Below are positions 40,273 to 50,422 of a stretch of 64,000 bases of DNA, in pieces. Positions within the stretch are counted from its first letter, which is position 1; every line of letters starts with the position of its first letter. The DNA comes from Thermoanaerobaculia bacterium (GTDB lineage: Bacteria; Acidobacteriota; Thermoanaerobaculia; Multivoradales; UBA5704). A program made the translations under genes and the position numbers. The notes beneath the pieces are model-generated. The model saw only the letters and a list, made by a program, of their open reading frames with translations. It did no database searches and was not told the DNA's origin. Location of the stretch: positions 16,678 to 80,677 of the forward strand of contig DATARD010000190.1 of the NCBI GenBank assembly GCA_036264355.1, in the 5' to 3' direction.

Positions 40273-41902
40273 CGTCCGTCGGCTGACTGTCCTCACGCCC
40301 CAGAATCGCGCGGCGCACCAGTGGGATCGGCGGGCCGCCGAAGGAGAGGAGACGGTCGTGGAGGTCGCGCCAGGCGGCGCGGCCGCCGCGGGGGGCGGAC
40401 CAGTCGTCGCGCAGCTTGCGGATCATCAGCTTGCCCAGGGTGTAGTTCAAGTAGGCGGGATCGAAGGTGCCGCGCGCGGCTTGCTGGCGGGCGTTGCCGG
40501 GATCCTGGAAGGCCAGGTCGCGGAACATGGTCTCGGCCTCTTCGACCGTCATGCGGCCGGTGTGCAGGCCGATCGCAACCAGGAAGCGGACGTTGCGCAG
40601 CAGGGCGTTCTGGAGCTGTCCGATGTGCAGGCGCGGATCGCCGGCTCCGAAGCCGGCCTCCCACATCAGCTCCTCGGCGTAGTGCGCCCAGCCTTCCGCG
40701 AAGCCGTAGCCGACGAAGAGGCGGCCGGGGTCCGACTCGGAGCGGTGGGAGTGGAGGAACTGGAGGAAGTGCCCGGGCCAGACCTCGTGGATGGTGACGA
40801 AGAGCAGGTCCGCTTCGCCGGGGATGTAGGCCGCACGCTCGTCCGGCGTCCAGCTCGGATCCGGCGGCGCAATGTAATAGGTGGACGGCAGGTGGCGGTC
40901 GTAGGGACCCGGGACGTCGATGTAGGCGGCGTTCCAGCGTTGATACGGCGGCGCCTCTTCGATCAGCGCCTCTTCGTCCCCCGGAATGCTGACCAGCCCG
41001 TTCTCTTCGATGAAGCGGCGCAGGCCGGCGAGCTGGCGGCGCGCGGCTTCGACCGGACCTTCCGCCGGCTTCTCCGCCTGCACCGCGGCGACGCAGTCGG
41101 CGAGCGGCTTGCCCGGCGCGAGGGCGGCACAGGCTTCACGTAAAGCGGCAAGATTGCGTTCGAGATCGCGGCGGCCGGCCGCTTCGAGAGCGGCGAGCGG
41201 GACGTCCACCCGCTCGGTGGCGAACAGCATGCGCTCGAACCGCTCGGCGCCGAGGGCGAAGCCGTCCATGCCGGCTCCCTCCTCCAGCGTGGCGAACCAG
41301 GCTCCCAGCTCGCGCATGGCCGCCGCCGCACCGGCGTTGGCGGCGCGGAGCTCGGCCTGGAGAGCGGGATCGTCGACCGTGGCGAAGATCGGCGGCACCT
41401 CGGTCTCGAAATAGTCGCCCAGCCCGCCGAGCGCGTGCCGGCCCACCTGGGCGAACGAACGCGGCATGGGCGTGCGCAGGTTGGCGCGGATCTGCTCGGC
41501 CGCCCGCGGCACCGCCCTGGCGTAGTCGATGTACGCCCGCATGCGCTGCGCGAGCGGCGCATAGTCGCGGGTCAGGTACAGGCCGGGATCGAGAGGGCCG
41601 GTGTAGAAGATCGGATTGCGGAACGGCCACTCGGCGTCGACGAGCCAGAAGAGATCGGTGTCGAGCTGCGCGACGAGATGATCGCGCTCGAGCGTCCGCC
41701 GGTCGTCGAGGTCCGTGAAGGACGACGCCACGGCGCGTTGCCCGCGCAGCCACTCGACCTTGTCGGCCAGCGACTCGGCGCTCCAGTCGGGCAGCCGGCC
41801 GTCGAAATCATGGCGGCCCACCGACGACCCGAAGGTCGGGAAGTGCTCGAAGTACCCCTCCAGAAAAGATCGAACGAAACAGTCCCATGCCGACGTGTTC
41901 AT
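40259..41902 (-). CDS. DUF885-family protein (metallopeptidase-like)
   Basis: 'TIHEVWPGHFLQ', 'EGWAHYAE', 'YLNYTLG'. Confidence 0.9.
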   Translation of the reverse strand: MNTSAWDCFVRSFLEGYFEHFPTFGSSVGRHDFDGRLPDWSAESLADKVEWLRGQRAVASSFTDLDDRRTLERDHLVAQLDTDLFWLVDAEWPFRNPIFYTGPLDPGLYLTRDYAPLAQRMRAYIDYARAVPRAAEQIRANLRTPMPRSFAQVGRHALGGLGDYFETEVPPIFATVDDPALQAELRAANAGAAAAMRELGAWFATLEEGAGMDGFALGAERFERMLFATERVDVPLAALEAAGRRDLERNLAALREACAALAPGKPLADCVAAVQAEKPAEGPVEAARRQLAGLRRFIEENGLVSIPGDEEALIEEAPPYQRWNAAYIDVPGPYDRHLPSTYYIAPPDPSWTPDERAAYIPGEADLLFVTIHEVWPGHFLQFLHSHRSESDPGRLFVGYGFAEGWAHYAEELMWEAGFGAGDPRLHIGQLQNALLRNVRFLVAIGLHTGRMTVEEAETMFRDLAFQDPGNARQQAARGTFDPAYLNYTLGKLMIRKLRDDWSAPRGGRAAWRDLHDRLLSFGGPPIPLVRRAILGREDSQPTDVILT

Positions 41903-42037
41903 GTCGCAAGAGTGTACCCTCAGCCGCGCGCTTTCTTTGGAGTACGATCACGTCGAGCTGTTGAATGCAGATCCGACCTGCGGATCGTCCCCTGGCGAGG
42001 ACACTCTGACCGGGAGAAATCCGCGAAGGAGAGAGAA

Positions 42038-42484
42038 ATGGCCGATCAGGTGATACAGAGTTTTCAGAACCACAGGAAATACGTCCCGATGTTCCACTTC
42101 GTGACGCTGGGAATCCTCGCGGTCAATCTCCTCTGGTCCGCGTACCGGCTGTTCACCGGCGCCGGGCCGATCTTCGACCGCATCCTGGCTGTCCTGGTGG
42201 CCTTCGCGCTCGCGGTTCTCGCTTTCTACGCGCGGACCTTCGCGCTCGGCGCCCAGGACCGGGTGATCCGCCTCGAAGAGCGGCTCCGCCTCGCGCGGCT
42301 CCTGCCGGCGGACCTGCAGCCGCGCATCGACGACCTCAGCCGCGGCCAGCTCATCGCGCTGCGCTTCGCCGGCGACGCCGAGACCCCCGACCTGGTCCGC
42401 AAGGTCCTGGCGGAGAACATCACCAAGCAGAACGACATCAAGAAGCTGATCAAGGATTGGCGAGCGGACCACTTCCGCGCGTGA
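42038..42484 (+). CDS. DUF6526-family membrane protein
   Basis: 'Q.FQNH.KY.P.FHF', 'QDR.IRLEE.LR', 'QLIALRFA.D.E', 'IK.W..D..R'. Confidence 0.8.
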   Translation: MADQVIQSFQNHRKYVPMFHFVTLGILAVNLLWSAYRLFTGAGPIFDRILAVLVAFALAVLAFYARTFALGAQDRVIRLEERLRLARLLPADLQPRIDDLSRGQLIALRFAGDAETPDLVRKVLAENITKQNDIKKLIKDWRADHFRA

Positions 42485-42496
42485 TCCCCGGCCGCC

Positions 42497-44989
42497 TCAC
42501 TGCACGATCACCTTCACTTCCGGCGAGCCCTCCGGCGTGAAGGGGATGCGGACCTGGAAGGTGTGCTCGCCGGGCACCAGGCGCCAGCGCGCGGTGTAGG
42601 GGTAGTCCGCGGTCTGGTAGGGATGGCCGTCAACGTACCAGACGACCTGGCGGACGGGGGGATCGACGACGACGGTGAGCGCCACGGTCGAGAGGGCCGC
42701 CGGCGTCTCCGGATCGCGCAGCAGGCGGGTGCGCGGCTCCGGGGACGTAATGCGCAGGCGCACCGGCCGGTTGGAGGCCAAAGCCGGACCGGTGCTCAGA
42801 CCCGGCAAAGGCGCGGCGCCGGGATGCAGGACGCTTACCTCGTCCGGCGGACGGGGCAGGTTCGAGGCGTCCTGCCAGGAGGCGTAGCGCGGCGGCAGGG
42901 AGACGAAGGTGCGCACCTCGATCTGCGAGCGCGGCGTGTCGGCGGTCGCCAGCAGGCCGTTGCGGCGGTCGATCGCCCGCTGCTGGTGGGCGGTGCAGTC
43001 GTCGGTGGGCTCCTCGCCGGGCCGGAACCACTCCAGGAAGACCTGCTCGCAGGCATCCGTGGCGCGGGCGCCGGTCAGAGCGCAGACCCGCACCGGCCGG
43101 TAGCCCCGCGGCGGCGGGAACGAGAGGTCCGCGAAGCCGTCCATCTGGTCGCGGTGCAGAACCTGGAGCACCTGCTGCACCAGCTCGGCCGCGGACATGT
43201 AGCCGCTCAGCCGGTTCATCGGCCGGAAAGCGGGATGCCCGACCCAGGCGCCGACCAGGTAGCGGTTGGACCAGGCCACGGCCCAGGCGTCGCGGAAGGC
43301 GGTGGAGGTGCCGGTCTTCACCGCCACCGGAAAGCGGTACTCCTCGGAGCCCATGCGCGGAAAGGTGGGCAGGCGCGCCAGCGGATCCGACAGGAACAGG
43401 GTGACCTGGCGCGCCGTCTCCTCGGAGACGATGCGCCGTTGCGGCAGAGTTTTTTGGCTGGGCTCCCCGATCTGACCATCGTGCCAGCGGAAGTCGCCGG
43501 TCCGCCCGTCGCCGGCGAGCACGAGATAGGCGCGCATCATCTCTTCCAGCGTCACCGGCAGGCCGCCGATCGCGATCCCCAGTCCGTAGTGCTTGGCCGG
43601 CAGCGCGCCTTCGGTGAGGCCGAGGTCACGGAACAGCGCATACCCCTGATCGAGACCGAGCCGCGCCAGCAGATCCACCGCCGGCACGTTGCGCGAGTTG
43701 GCGAGCGCCACCCGCGGCAGCAGCGGACCGAGGAAGAGATCGTCGGCGTTGGTGATGCCGCCCGGGCCGCGTTGCAGGTCGTCGAGCACCGTCGACGGGC
43801 GGATCAGGCCGCGGTCGAGCGCGGCGGCGTAGAGGAACGGCTTCAAGGCGCTGCCGGCGGAGCGGCGGACGCGGGTGTAGTCGATCGAGCCGGCCTGTCC
43901 CTTGTCGAAATAGCCGGCCGAGCCGACCCAGGCACGCACCTCGCGGCTCTGGAGATCGATGACGATGACCGCCGCGTTGCCGGCGCCGCGATCCGCCCAG
44001 GCGCGCACCGCACGGTCGGTCATCCAGGTGACCTGCCGTTGCAGGTCGAGATCGAGGGTGGTGCGGATCAGCGGCTCGCCGCGGTGCTCACCTTTCTCGC
44101 CTTTCTCATCGGTGAGCAGCGACTGGAGCCGGAGCACGGCGTGCATCGCTTCGTCGGTGCGCTTCTCCTTATAAGGAATGCGCAGCGCCTTGAGCTGGCG
44201 CTGCGCCAGCTCGAGCTCGGCGGCGGAGAGGACTCCCTGGGCCGCCAGGGTGCGCAGCGCCCGCTGGCCGCGCTCGACCGCCCGCCACCGCCCAGCGGGC
44301 AGATAGACGTTCATCTTCCCCGGCGCCTGCGGAATGCCGGCCAGGAAGGCGATCTCCGCCCAGCTCAGATCCTCCACCGGCTTGTCGAAATACCGCCGGG
44401 CCGCGTAGGCGATGCCGTGGATGCGGTTGCCGTAGGGCACGATGCGCAGGTACTGACGGAGGATCTCCTCCCGCCCATAGCGCGCCGTGAGGAGGACGGC
44501 GGTGAGCGCCTCCTGCGCCTTGCGCAGATAGCCGCGCTCACCCGGGCTCTGCATCCGCGCGATCTGCATCGCCAGGGTCGACGCGCCGGAGACCCGCCCG
44601 CGGTGGCGCAGGTTCTGGAACACGGCGCGCGCCATGGCGCCCGGATCGACCCCGGGATGCGAGCCGAAATGCCGGTCCTCCAGGGCGAGAGTCGCCGCGA
44701 TCACCCGTGGCGGCAGCGCCTCGACCGGCCAGTAACCGAGCTCGCCATCGACCGGCGCGCCCACCTCGCCGAGAAACCGCCCCTGGCGGTCGCGCAGCAG
44801 GAAAGTCGCCGCCGGAGCCTCCAGATGCGCCCGCCAGAGCGCGGTGAGCACCACGAACACCCCGAGGAGCTGCGCCGTGGCGACCACGCCCACGAAGGTG
44901 CGGAGGATCAGGCGGCGGCGCTGCGCATGCAGCGCCGGGCTGAGCAAGCGGCGCAGGCGGCGGCGCCAGAGACGGAGGTGGGCTTTCAC
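42497..44989 (-). CDS. pbpC: Penicillin-binding protein 1C
   Basis: Transglycosylase 'LEDRHF..HPGVDP', 'GASTL.MQ'; transpeptidase 'GSALKPF', 'S.N.PAV', 'KTGTS'; C-terminal BiPBP_C-like domain. Confidence 0.88.
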   Translation of the reverse strand: MKAHLRLWRRRLRRLLSPALHAQRRRLILRTFVGVVATAQLLGVFVVLTALWRAHLEAPAATFLLRDRQGRFLGEVGAPVDGELGYWPVEALPPRVIAATLALEDRHFGSHPGVDPGAMARAVFQNLRHRGRVSGASTLAMQIARMQSPGERGYLRKAQEALTAVLLTARYGREEILRQYLRIVPYGNRIHGIAYAARRYFDKPVEDLSWAEIAFLAGIPQAPGKMNVYLPAGRWRAVERGQRALRTLAAQGVLSAAELELAQRQLKALRIPYKEKRTDEAMHAVLRLQSLLTDEKGEKGEHRGEPLIRTTLDLDLQRQVTWMTDRAVRAWADRGAGNAAVIVIDLQSREVRAWVGSAGYFDKGQAGSIDYTRVRRSAGSALKPFLYAAALDRGLIRPSTVLDDLQRGPGGITNADDLFLGPLLPRVALANSRNVPAVDLLARLGLDQGYALFRDLGLTEGALPAKHYGLGIAIGGLPVTLEEMMRAYLVLAGDGRTGDFRWHDGQIGEPSQKTLPQRRIVSEETARQVTLFLSDPLARLPTFPRMGSEEYRFPVAVKTGTSTAFRDAWAVAWSNRYLVGAWVGHPAFRPMNRLSGYMSAAELVQQVLQVLHRDQMDGFADLSFPPPRGYRPVRVCALTGARATDACEQVFLEWFRPGEEPTDDCTAHQQRAIDRRNGLLATADTPRSQIEVRTFVSLPPRYASWQDASNLPRPPDEVSVLHPGAAPLPGLSTGPALASNRPVRLRITSPEPRTRLLRDPETPAALSTVALTVVVDPPVRQVVWYVDGHPYQTADYPYTARWRLVPGEHTFQVRIPFTPEGSPEVKVIVQ

Positions 44990-45021
44990 AGCTTGGATTC
45001 TACCGTGCTAGCCTCCACCCC

Positions 45022-46254
45022 ATGACTTTCACCGAAACCGAGTGCCGGCGCGCCCGGCGTGACTTCCCCGCTCTGGAACGGACACTGAACGGCCGGCCTC
45101 TCGCTTTTCTCGACGGACCGGCCGGCAGCCAGGTGCCGCAGGCGGTGATCGACGCGATCTCCGGCTACTACCGCACGTGCAATGCGAACACGCACGGCGA
45201 GTTCCCCACCAGCCGGGAGTCCGACCGCCTGATGCTTGAAACGCGGGAGGCTGCGGCAGCTTTCCTGGGCGCGCCGAGTTGGCGGGAGATCTCCTTCGGC
45301 CAGAACATGACGACGCTCAACTTCTCGCTGAGCCATGCGCTGGCGCGGGAGATGAAACCGGGCGACGAGATCGTCATCACGGAGCTCGACCACGAATCGA
45401 ACCGCGGGCCGTGGTTCTCTCTGCGCGAGCGGGGTCTCGTCGTCCACGAAGTCGCCCTGCGCCACGACGGCACCCTGGACCAGGAGGATTTCGCCCGCAA
45501 GATCAGCGAGCGCACCCGGCTGGTCGCCCTCGGTCTCGCCTCGAACGCCCTGGGGACGGTGAACGACATCCCGCTCGCCCGGCGTCTGTCGCGGGAGGTG
45601 GGCGCCTGGCTGCTGCTCGACGCCGTCCACCATGCCGCCCACTTCCCGATCGACGTGCAGGCGCTGGACACCGACTTCCTGCTCTGCTCGGCGTATAAGT
45701 TCTACGGTCCGCACGTCGGCATCCTCTATACGCGCCCCGGTCTGCTGAACCGTCTGCGCACCGACAAGCTGCGCGTGCAGGACGACGAAGCGCCCTACCG
45801 CATCGAGACCGGAACGCTCAACCACGCCGCCCTCGCCGGAGTGAAGGCGGCGATCGAGTACATCGCCTCCTGGGGCCGCGGCGAGACGCTACGCGACCGG
45901 GTGGCGACGGCGATGACCGACATCGCCGCCTACGAGCACGGCATCGCGAGCCACTACTACGGATCGCTGCGCCAGATCCCCGGCATCACCGTCTGGGGTC
46001 CGGACTTCACGTCGCCGCATCGCGCGCCGACCGTCTCGATCACGCTCGACGGCATCAGACCGCTGGAGATCGCGAGGCGCCTGGGAGACCAGGGGTTGCA
46101 GGTCTGGGAGGGGCACTTCTACGCGCTGCGGGCGATGGAGGTGCTGGGCCTCGCCGAACGCGGCGGCGTCGTCCGCACCGGCATCTGTATGTACAACCTG
46201 CGGGAAGAGATCGACCGCCTGCTCGAGGCCCTGCACGGGATCGCGGTCCGGTGA
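45022..46254 (+). CDS. Cysteine desulfurase-like class V aminotransferase lacking the catalytic Cys
   Basis: 'LDGPAGSQVP', 'DAVH', 'CSAYKF.GPH.G', 'ETGT', 'GHFYA'. Confidence 0.9.
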   Translation: MTFTETECRRARRDFPALERTLNGRPLAFLDGPAGSQVPQAVIDAISGYYRTCNANTHGEFPTSRESDRLMLETREAAAAFLGAPSWREISFGQNMTTLNFSLSHALAREMKPGDEIVITELDHESNRGPWFSLRERGLVVHEVALRHDGTLDQEDFARKISERTRLVALGLASNALGTVNDIPLARRLSREVGAWLLLDAVHHAAHFPIDVQALDTDFLLCSAYKFYGPHVGILYTRPGLLNRLRTDKLRVQDDEAPYRIETGTLNHAALAGVKAAIEYIASWGRGETLRDRVATAMTDIAAYEHGIASHYYGSLRQIPGITVWGPDFTSPHRAPTVSITLDGIRPLEIARRLGDQGLQVWEGHFYALRAMEVLGLAERGGVVRTGICMYNLREEIDRLLEALHGIAVR

Positions 46255-47252
46255 GGCTCCTTCTTCTCGGTTTCGGCAACGTCGGGCGGCGGCTGGTCGA
46301 GATCCTGGCGGACCGCGCGGCCTATCCGGGCCTGGCGGATCTCGACGTCTCGATCGTCGGCATCACCACCGGCTCCCGCGGAGCGATCGCCGATCCCGCC
46401 GGTCTCGATCCGCGCACGGTCCTGGATCAGATTCGGACCCATGGTCAGTTTCCAGACCACCTCACCAGCCTGGAAGCGATCCGCACCCTCGACTGCGACG
46501 TCGTCGTGGAGATGACCCCGCTCGATATTCCGGGCCGAGGCGCTACCGCCATCGCCCATCTCCGCGAAGCCCTGGAGCAGAAGCGCCACGTCATCACCTG
46601 CAACAAGGGGCCGCTCGCCTGGGCCTGCCGGCCGCTGCGTGATCTGGCCCGGCGGCAGGACCGCGCCTTCCTCTACGAGACCACGGTGATGGACGGCGCG
46701 CCGGTGTTCAATCTCGCGCAGCGCTGCCTGCGGGGAAACACCATCCTGAGGATCGAAGGCATCCTCAACTCGACGACCAACTACGTCCTCTGCGCGATGG
46801 AGAAAGGCCAGTCCCTGGAAGAAGCCGTCGCCGCCGCCCAGGCGATCGGAGTCGCCGAAGCCGATCCGCGCAACGACCTCGACGGCTGGGACGCCGCGGT
46901 GAAGACCGCCGCCCTCGCCAACGTCCTGCTCGACGCGGAGATCGCTCCAGAAGAGATCGAGCGCGAAAGCATGGCGGCGATCTCGCCTGAAAGAATCCGG
47001 GAAGCACTGGCCCGTGGCCGGCGGATCAAGATCATCTGCGAAGCCTGGCGGGAGAGCGATCAGATCACTGCGCGGGTCGCCGCACGGGAAATCCCCCTCA
47101 CCCATCCGTTCGCGCTGGTCGCAGGCATCAGCTCCATCCTCCGCCTGACCACCGACATCGCCGGCAAGATCGTGCTCACCGAAGAGGACCCCGACCTGTC
47201 GACGACGGCGTATGGGGTGATTTCTGATCTGTACCGCGTGCAGGACATCTGA
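46251..47252 (+). CDS. hom: Homoserine dehydrogenase (short, no ACT domain)
   Basis: 'GFGNVG', 'CNKGP', 'VMDG.P', 'GILNSTTNY', 'D.DGWDAAVK'. Confidence 0.9.
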   Translation: MRLLLLGFGNVGRRLVEILADRAAYPGLADLDVSIVGITTGSRGAIADPAGLDPRTVLDQIRTHGQFPDHLTSLEAIRTLDCDVVVEMTPLDIPGRGATAIAHLREALEQKRHVITCNKGPLAWACRPLRDLARRQDRAFLYETTVMDGAPVFNLAQRCLRGNTILRIEGILNSTTNYVLCAMEKGQSLEEAVAAAQAIGVAEADPRNDLDGWDAAVKTAALANVLLDAEIAPEEIERESMAAISPERIREALARGRRIKIICEAWRESDQITARVAAREIPLTHPFALVAGISSILRLTTDIAGKIVLTEEDPDLSTTAYGVISDLYRVQDI

Positions 47253-47258
47253 GGCCCC

Positions 47259-48614
47259 TCACGGGCACGTCGCAAACGCCAGCGTGTCCTGAATCGGCCG
47301 GAACGCCGTGCTCTGCGGGTTGTTGTACTGCTTCGTCGTGTCGTTCCTGGAGTCGCGCACGGTGAAGCGCACCCGGACGTTGGTGAGGCCGCCGGCGAAG
47401 ACCCAGTAGCGGTCGTTGGTCGCGCAGCCTTCCAGGACCTTGATCACCACCTCGACGTTGGTGTCGCTGAAAAACCAGAACATGCCGGTGTCGGAGGTCA
47501 GTGGGAGGGCGTGGCCGGTGCCGGACTGGCCGTTCGGCGTCGTCCAGTCCGCCTGCACCTCGAAGCGTCCTTTGTTCAGGCAGAGGCTGCGGTCGCTTGG
47601 CGTGCAGGGGTGGTCCGATCCGGAGGGCTTCCAACCGAGTTCGACGACCTCGAAGTCCGAGGCGTGGAGCGAAGCGAACGCGGGGTTGAGCACGTCGTTG
47701 TCCCAGCGCGTGTCGTACGTCCCCTGGATGTACATGTCCGAGCCGTTGTCGGCGACGATGAGGCCATACGTCTTCATCGCCTGGAAGATCTTCCGCACCT
47801 CCGGCGTGTAGCCCGAAAGGTCCTTGCCCGACTTGAGCCGGAGCCGCGCGCCCATCGGCAGAGCGCCGATCGCCTCGCCGGCATCATGGGAAGCGGGAAA
47901 GACATGGCTGTTGGTCTCGCCGATGGTGAAACGGAACGCGTGGCGGATCGGGGCGGAGCCGAAGACCTCGTCGTAGCGCACCAGACCCGGGAGGATGGCG
48001 AGCCCCGCGGCGTCGGCGCTGGTCCACCCCTCCGGCCGCCGGCCGTTGGTGGTCAGATCGAACACCGCGCCCGAGCCCGCCTCCCAGCGGTTCAACCCGC
48101 TGTTGAAGTGGGTGTGGTAGAGCTCGAAGAGGAGCCGGTGGTCGCGGTCCACGAGCAGCATGTGCCGGTCGCCCGAGACGTTCGCGTTCCCCGGATCGCC
48201 GCCCTCGATGTAGTGCGCCTGGGTCTTCGCCTCGTCCGGAATCGGATACCCCGCCGGCCGGCCCGGCGCTCCGGCGTCGCTCTCGCTGCCGAATTCGGTA
48301 AACGTCACCGGCACCAGTGGCTGCGTCCCAGGCACGCTGACATAGGTCATCCCATACGTCTCGGGAAACGGATCGGCATCGCCGCCGAAGTCCGGATGGA
48401 GAGGCGTCCCCCCGCCGATGTGCTGGATGAAGCCCGCGCTCCCCGCATCGACAGGCGCTGCGCTGACATCGGTGTTCCACCAGTTGTCCGGCGGAAACAG
48501 CGGCAGGGGCTGCGGCAGCGGTCCGTTGGGCTGGGCTCCGGAAGGCAAAGCGCCGAGCAGGATCAGGAACAGGAACGCGAAGACGAGCGGCCGACCCGTA
48601 TTTTTTCGATTCAT
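47259..48614 (-). CDS. Secreted hypothetical protein with a conserved C-terminal 'CL..GRF.V...W...FWFF...N.E...K...GC...WVF.GGLTN' domain
   Basis: Signal peptide from ATG 48614; core motifs 'PLFP.DNWWN.D', 'DRH.L', 'ADAAGL.I.PGL.R..E'. Confidence 0.75.
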   Translation of the reverse strand: MNRKNTGRPLVFAFLFLILLGALPSGAQPNGPLPQPLPLFPPDNWWNTDVSAAPVDAGSAGFIQHIGGGTPLHPDFGGDADPFPETYGMTYVSVPGTQPLVPVTFTEFGSESDAGAPGRPAGYPIPDEAKTQAHYIEGGDPGNANVSGDRHMLLVDRDHRLLFELYHTHFNSGLNRWEAGSGAVFDLTTNGRRPEGWTSADAAGLAILPGLVRYDEVFGSAPIRHAFRFTIGETNSHVFPASHDAGEAIGALPMGARLRLKSGKDLSGYTPEVRKIFQAMKTYGLIVADNGSDMYIQGTYDTRWDNDVLNPAFASLHASDFEVVELGWKPSGSDHPCTPSDRSLCLNKGRFEVQADWTTPNGQSGTGHALPLTSDTGMFWFFSDTNVEVVIKVLEGCATNDRYWVFAGGLTNVRVRFTVRDSRNDTTKQYNNPQSTAFRPIQDTLAFATCP

Positions 48615-48665
48615 GATTGACGATGAGCTTAGCGGAGGAGGCATCCCCTGCGCTAGATTGAACCC

Positions 48666-49448
48666 ATGGAGCTCCGCGATTTCTCCCGCACCGTCCTGGA
48701 CACCGAGGACCTCGCCGTCAAGCTGGCGCCGCCGGGCGAAGCGCTGACGGACGAGCACCCGGGACCGGCGTTGCGAGTGGATGGCCCGGGACGGCCTCCG
48801 GCGTTGCGGCTCGTCGAGGGGGTGAAAGCCGAGGTGCCCTCCTGCGAGGGGATGCCCGATCCGGCACAACGGCCGCGCATCCTGCACGGGCTGGCCAACC
48901 ATGAGCTGCAAGCGGCCGAGCTGTTCGCCTGGGCGCTCCTCGCCTTTCCCGACGCGCCGCCGGACTTTCGGCGCGGTCTCGCCGGCATCCTCCAGGACGA
49001 GCAGCGGCACACGCGGATGTACATCGCCCGCCTGGAGGACACGGGAGCCCGTTTCGGCGACTTCCCGGTCAACTTCTACTTCTGGAAGAAGGTGGTCCAC
49101 ATCCACTCGCCCCTGGACTTCATCTGCGCCATGTCGCTGACCTTCGAGAACGCCAACCTCGACCACACGGTGGACTACGAAGAGGCGGCGCGGCGGGCCG
49201 GCGACCTGAAAACGGCGGCGGTGATCGAGCAGGTCCACCGCGACGAGATCGAGCACGTCCGGTTCGGCTGGACCTGGTTACAGCGCTGGAAAGACGCCGA
49301 AGAATCCGCCTGGGACGTCTGGAGGAGCCACCTCACCTGGCCCCTGCGTCCGCTTCGCGCCCGCGGCACGAGCTTCCACCGCGTCGGCCGCGAAGCCGCG
49401 GGGCTCGATGCGGAGTTCATCCGGCGGTTGGAGGAGAGTGGGCGGTGA
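48666..49448 (+). CDS. DUF455-family ferritin-like (di-metal) protein
   Basis: 'LH..ANHEL.A.EL', 'DE.RH', 'E..NLD', 'DEI.HV.FG..W'. Confidence 0.85.
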   Translation: MELRDFSRTVLDTEDLAVKLAPPGEALTDEHPGPALRVDGPGRPPALRLVEGVKAEVPSCEGMPDPAQRPRILHGLANHELQAAELFAWALLAFPDAPPDFRRGLAGILQDEQRHTRMYIARLEDTGARFGDFPVNFYFWKKVVHIHSPLDFICAMSLTFENANLDHTVDYEEAARRAGDLKTAAVIEQVHRDEIEHVRFGWTWLQRWKDAEESAWDVWRSHLTWPLRPLRARGTSFHRVGREAAGLDAEFIRRLEESGR

Positions 49449-50422
49449 GCCGCCGTATCCTCGGCAACCTCCTCGCCGAGGACGACCTCGCTCGCCTGGT
49501 CGATCCCCGCCGCCGCCATCGCCAGCCCAATCGGAACGTCCTGCGCACCGTCGCGCGCTTGGGAACGCTCCTCCGCGTCTTCGCGCGGGAAGGCGACCGC
49601 CTCTGGCTCCCGGCTCCTGCCGATCCGGCCGCGGCTCCTGGCCTCATCCTGGAAACCGGTCCGCTCGACCGGCTGGAGCCCACCGCCGATCTCCTGGCTT
49701 GGTGCGAAACTCTGGACGCCGTCCGCCTCCGCGCCGCACCGCGCGGCACTGCCATCCCCTGGGACGCGCCGCTGCATGAGCTCGTCTGGCACCTCCCCGT
49801 CGCGCCACCGGCCGTCGTCGCGACTGTCCACCACCGGTCCTTCCACCTCCGCGTCGCCGAAGAGCTGGGCTGTGCGCTGCCAGGAGCCCGGGTGGTGGAA
49901 TCGATGACGGAGCTGGACCGCATCCTCGCCGGCCGCACCGCCCCGGAGAGCTGGATCGTCAAGGCTCCGTTCTCCGCCTCCGGCCGCGAGCGCTATCTAA
50001 TAAGGAAGGGACCGCTTCTCCCGGACGTGAAATCCCGCCGGACGGTGGAGCATCTCTTCGAACGCCATGGCCCTCTTCTCTTCGAACCTTGGATGGATCG
50101 GGTCGCCGACTATGGCTGCTCGGCTCTCCTCACCGGCAGCGAGCTTCGCATCGCAGGCATCCACCGCCAGCAGGTGGACCGCAAAGGCCAGTTCGCGGGG
50201 ATCGATCTACAGGCTGATCTGCCGGAGCGGGACCGGGAGCGCTTCCTCGAGATCGTGAACGGCGTGGCCGCGGCGCTCCGCCGAGAGGGCTACACAGGAC
50301 CGTTCGGTGTGGACGCCTGGAGATATCGACGGGCGGACGGGACGACCGTCTTCCATCCTCTCGGGGAGATCAATGCCCGGATGACGTTCGGGCTGGTGGC
50401 GTGGGCGGCGGCATCCCGATGA
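49445..50422 (+). CDS. ATP-grasp-fold protein
   Basis: 'WIVKAPFSASGR', 'LLFEPW', 'GPFGVDA', 'EINAR.T.G'; GTGA overlap with DUF455. Confidence 0.7.
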   Translation: MSRRILGNLLAEDDLARLVDPRRRHRQPNRNVLRTVARLGTLLRVFAREGDRLWLPAPADPAAAPGLILETGPLDRLEPTADLLAWCETLDAVRLRAAPRGTAIPWDAPLHELVWHLPVAPPAVVATVHHRSFHLRVAEELGCALPGARVVESMTELDRILAGRTAPESWIVKAPFSASGRERYLIRKGPLLPDVKSRRTVEHLFERHGPLLFEPWMDRVADYGCSALLTGSELRIAGIHRQQVDRKGQFAGIDLQADLPERDRERFLEIVNGVAAALRREGYTGPFGVDAWRYRRADGTTVFHPLGEINARMTFGLVAWAAASR

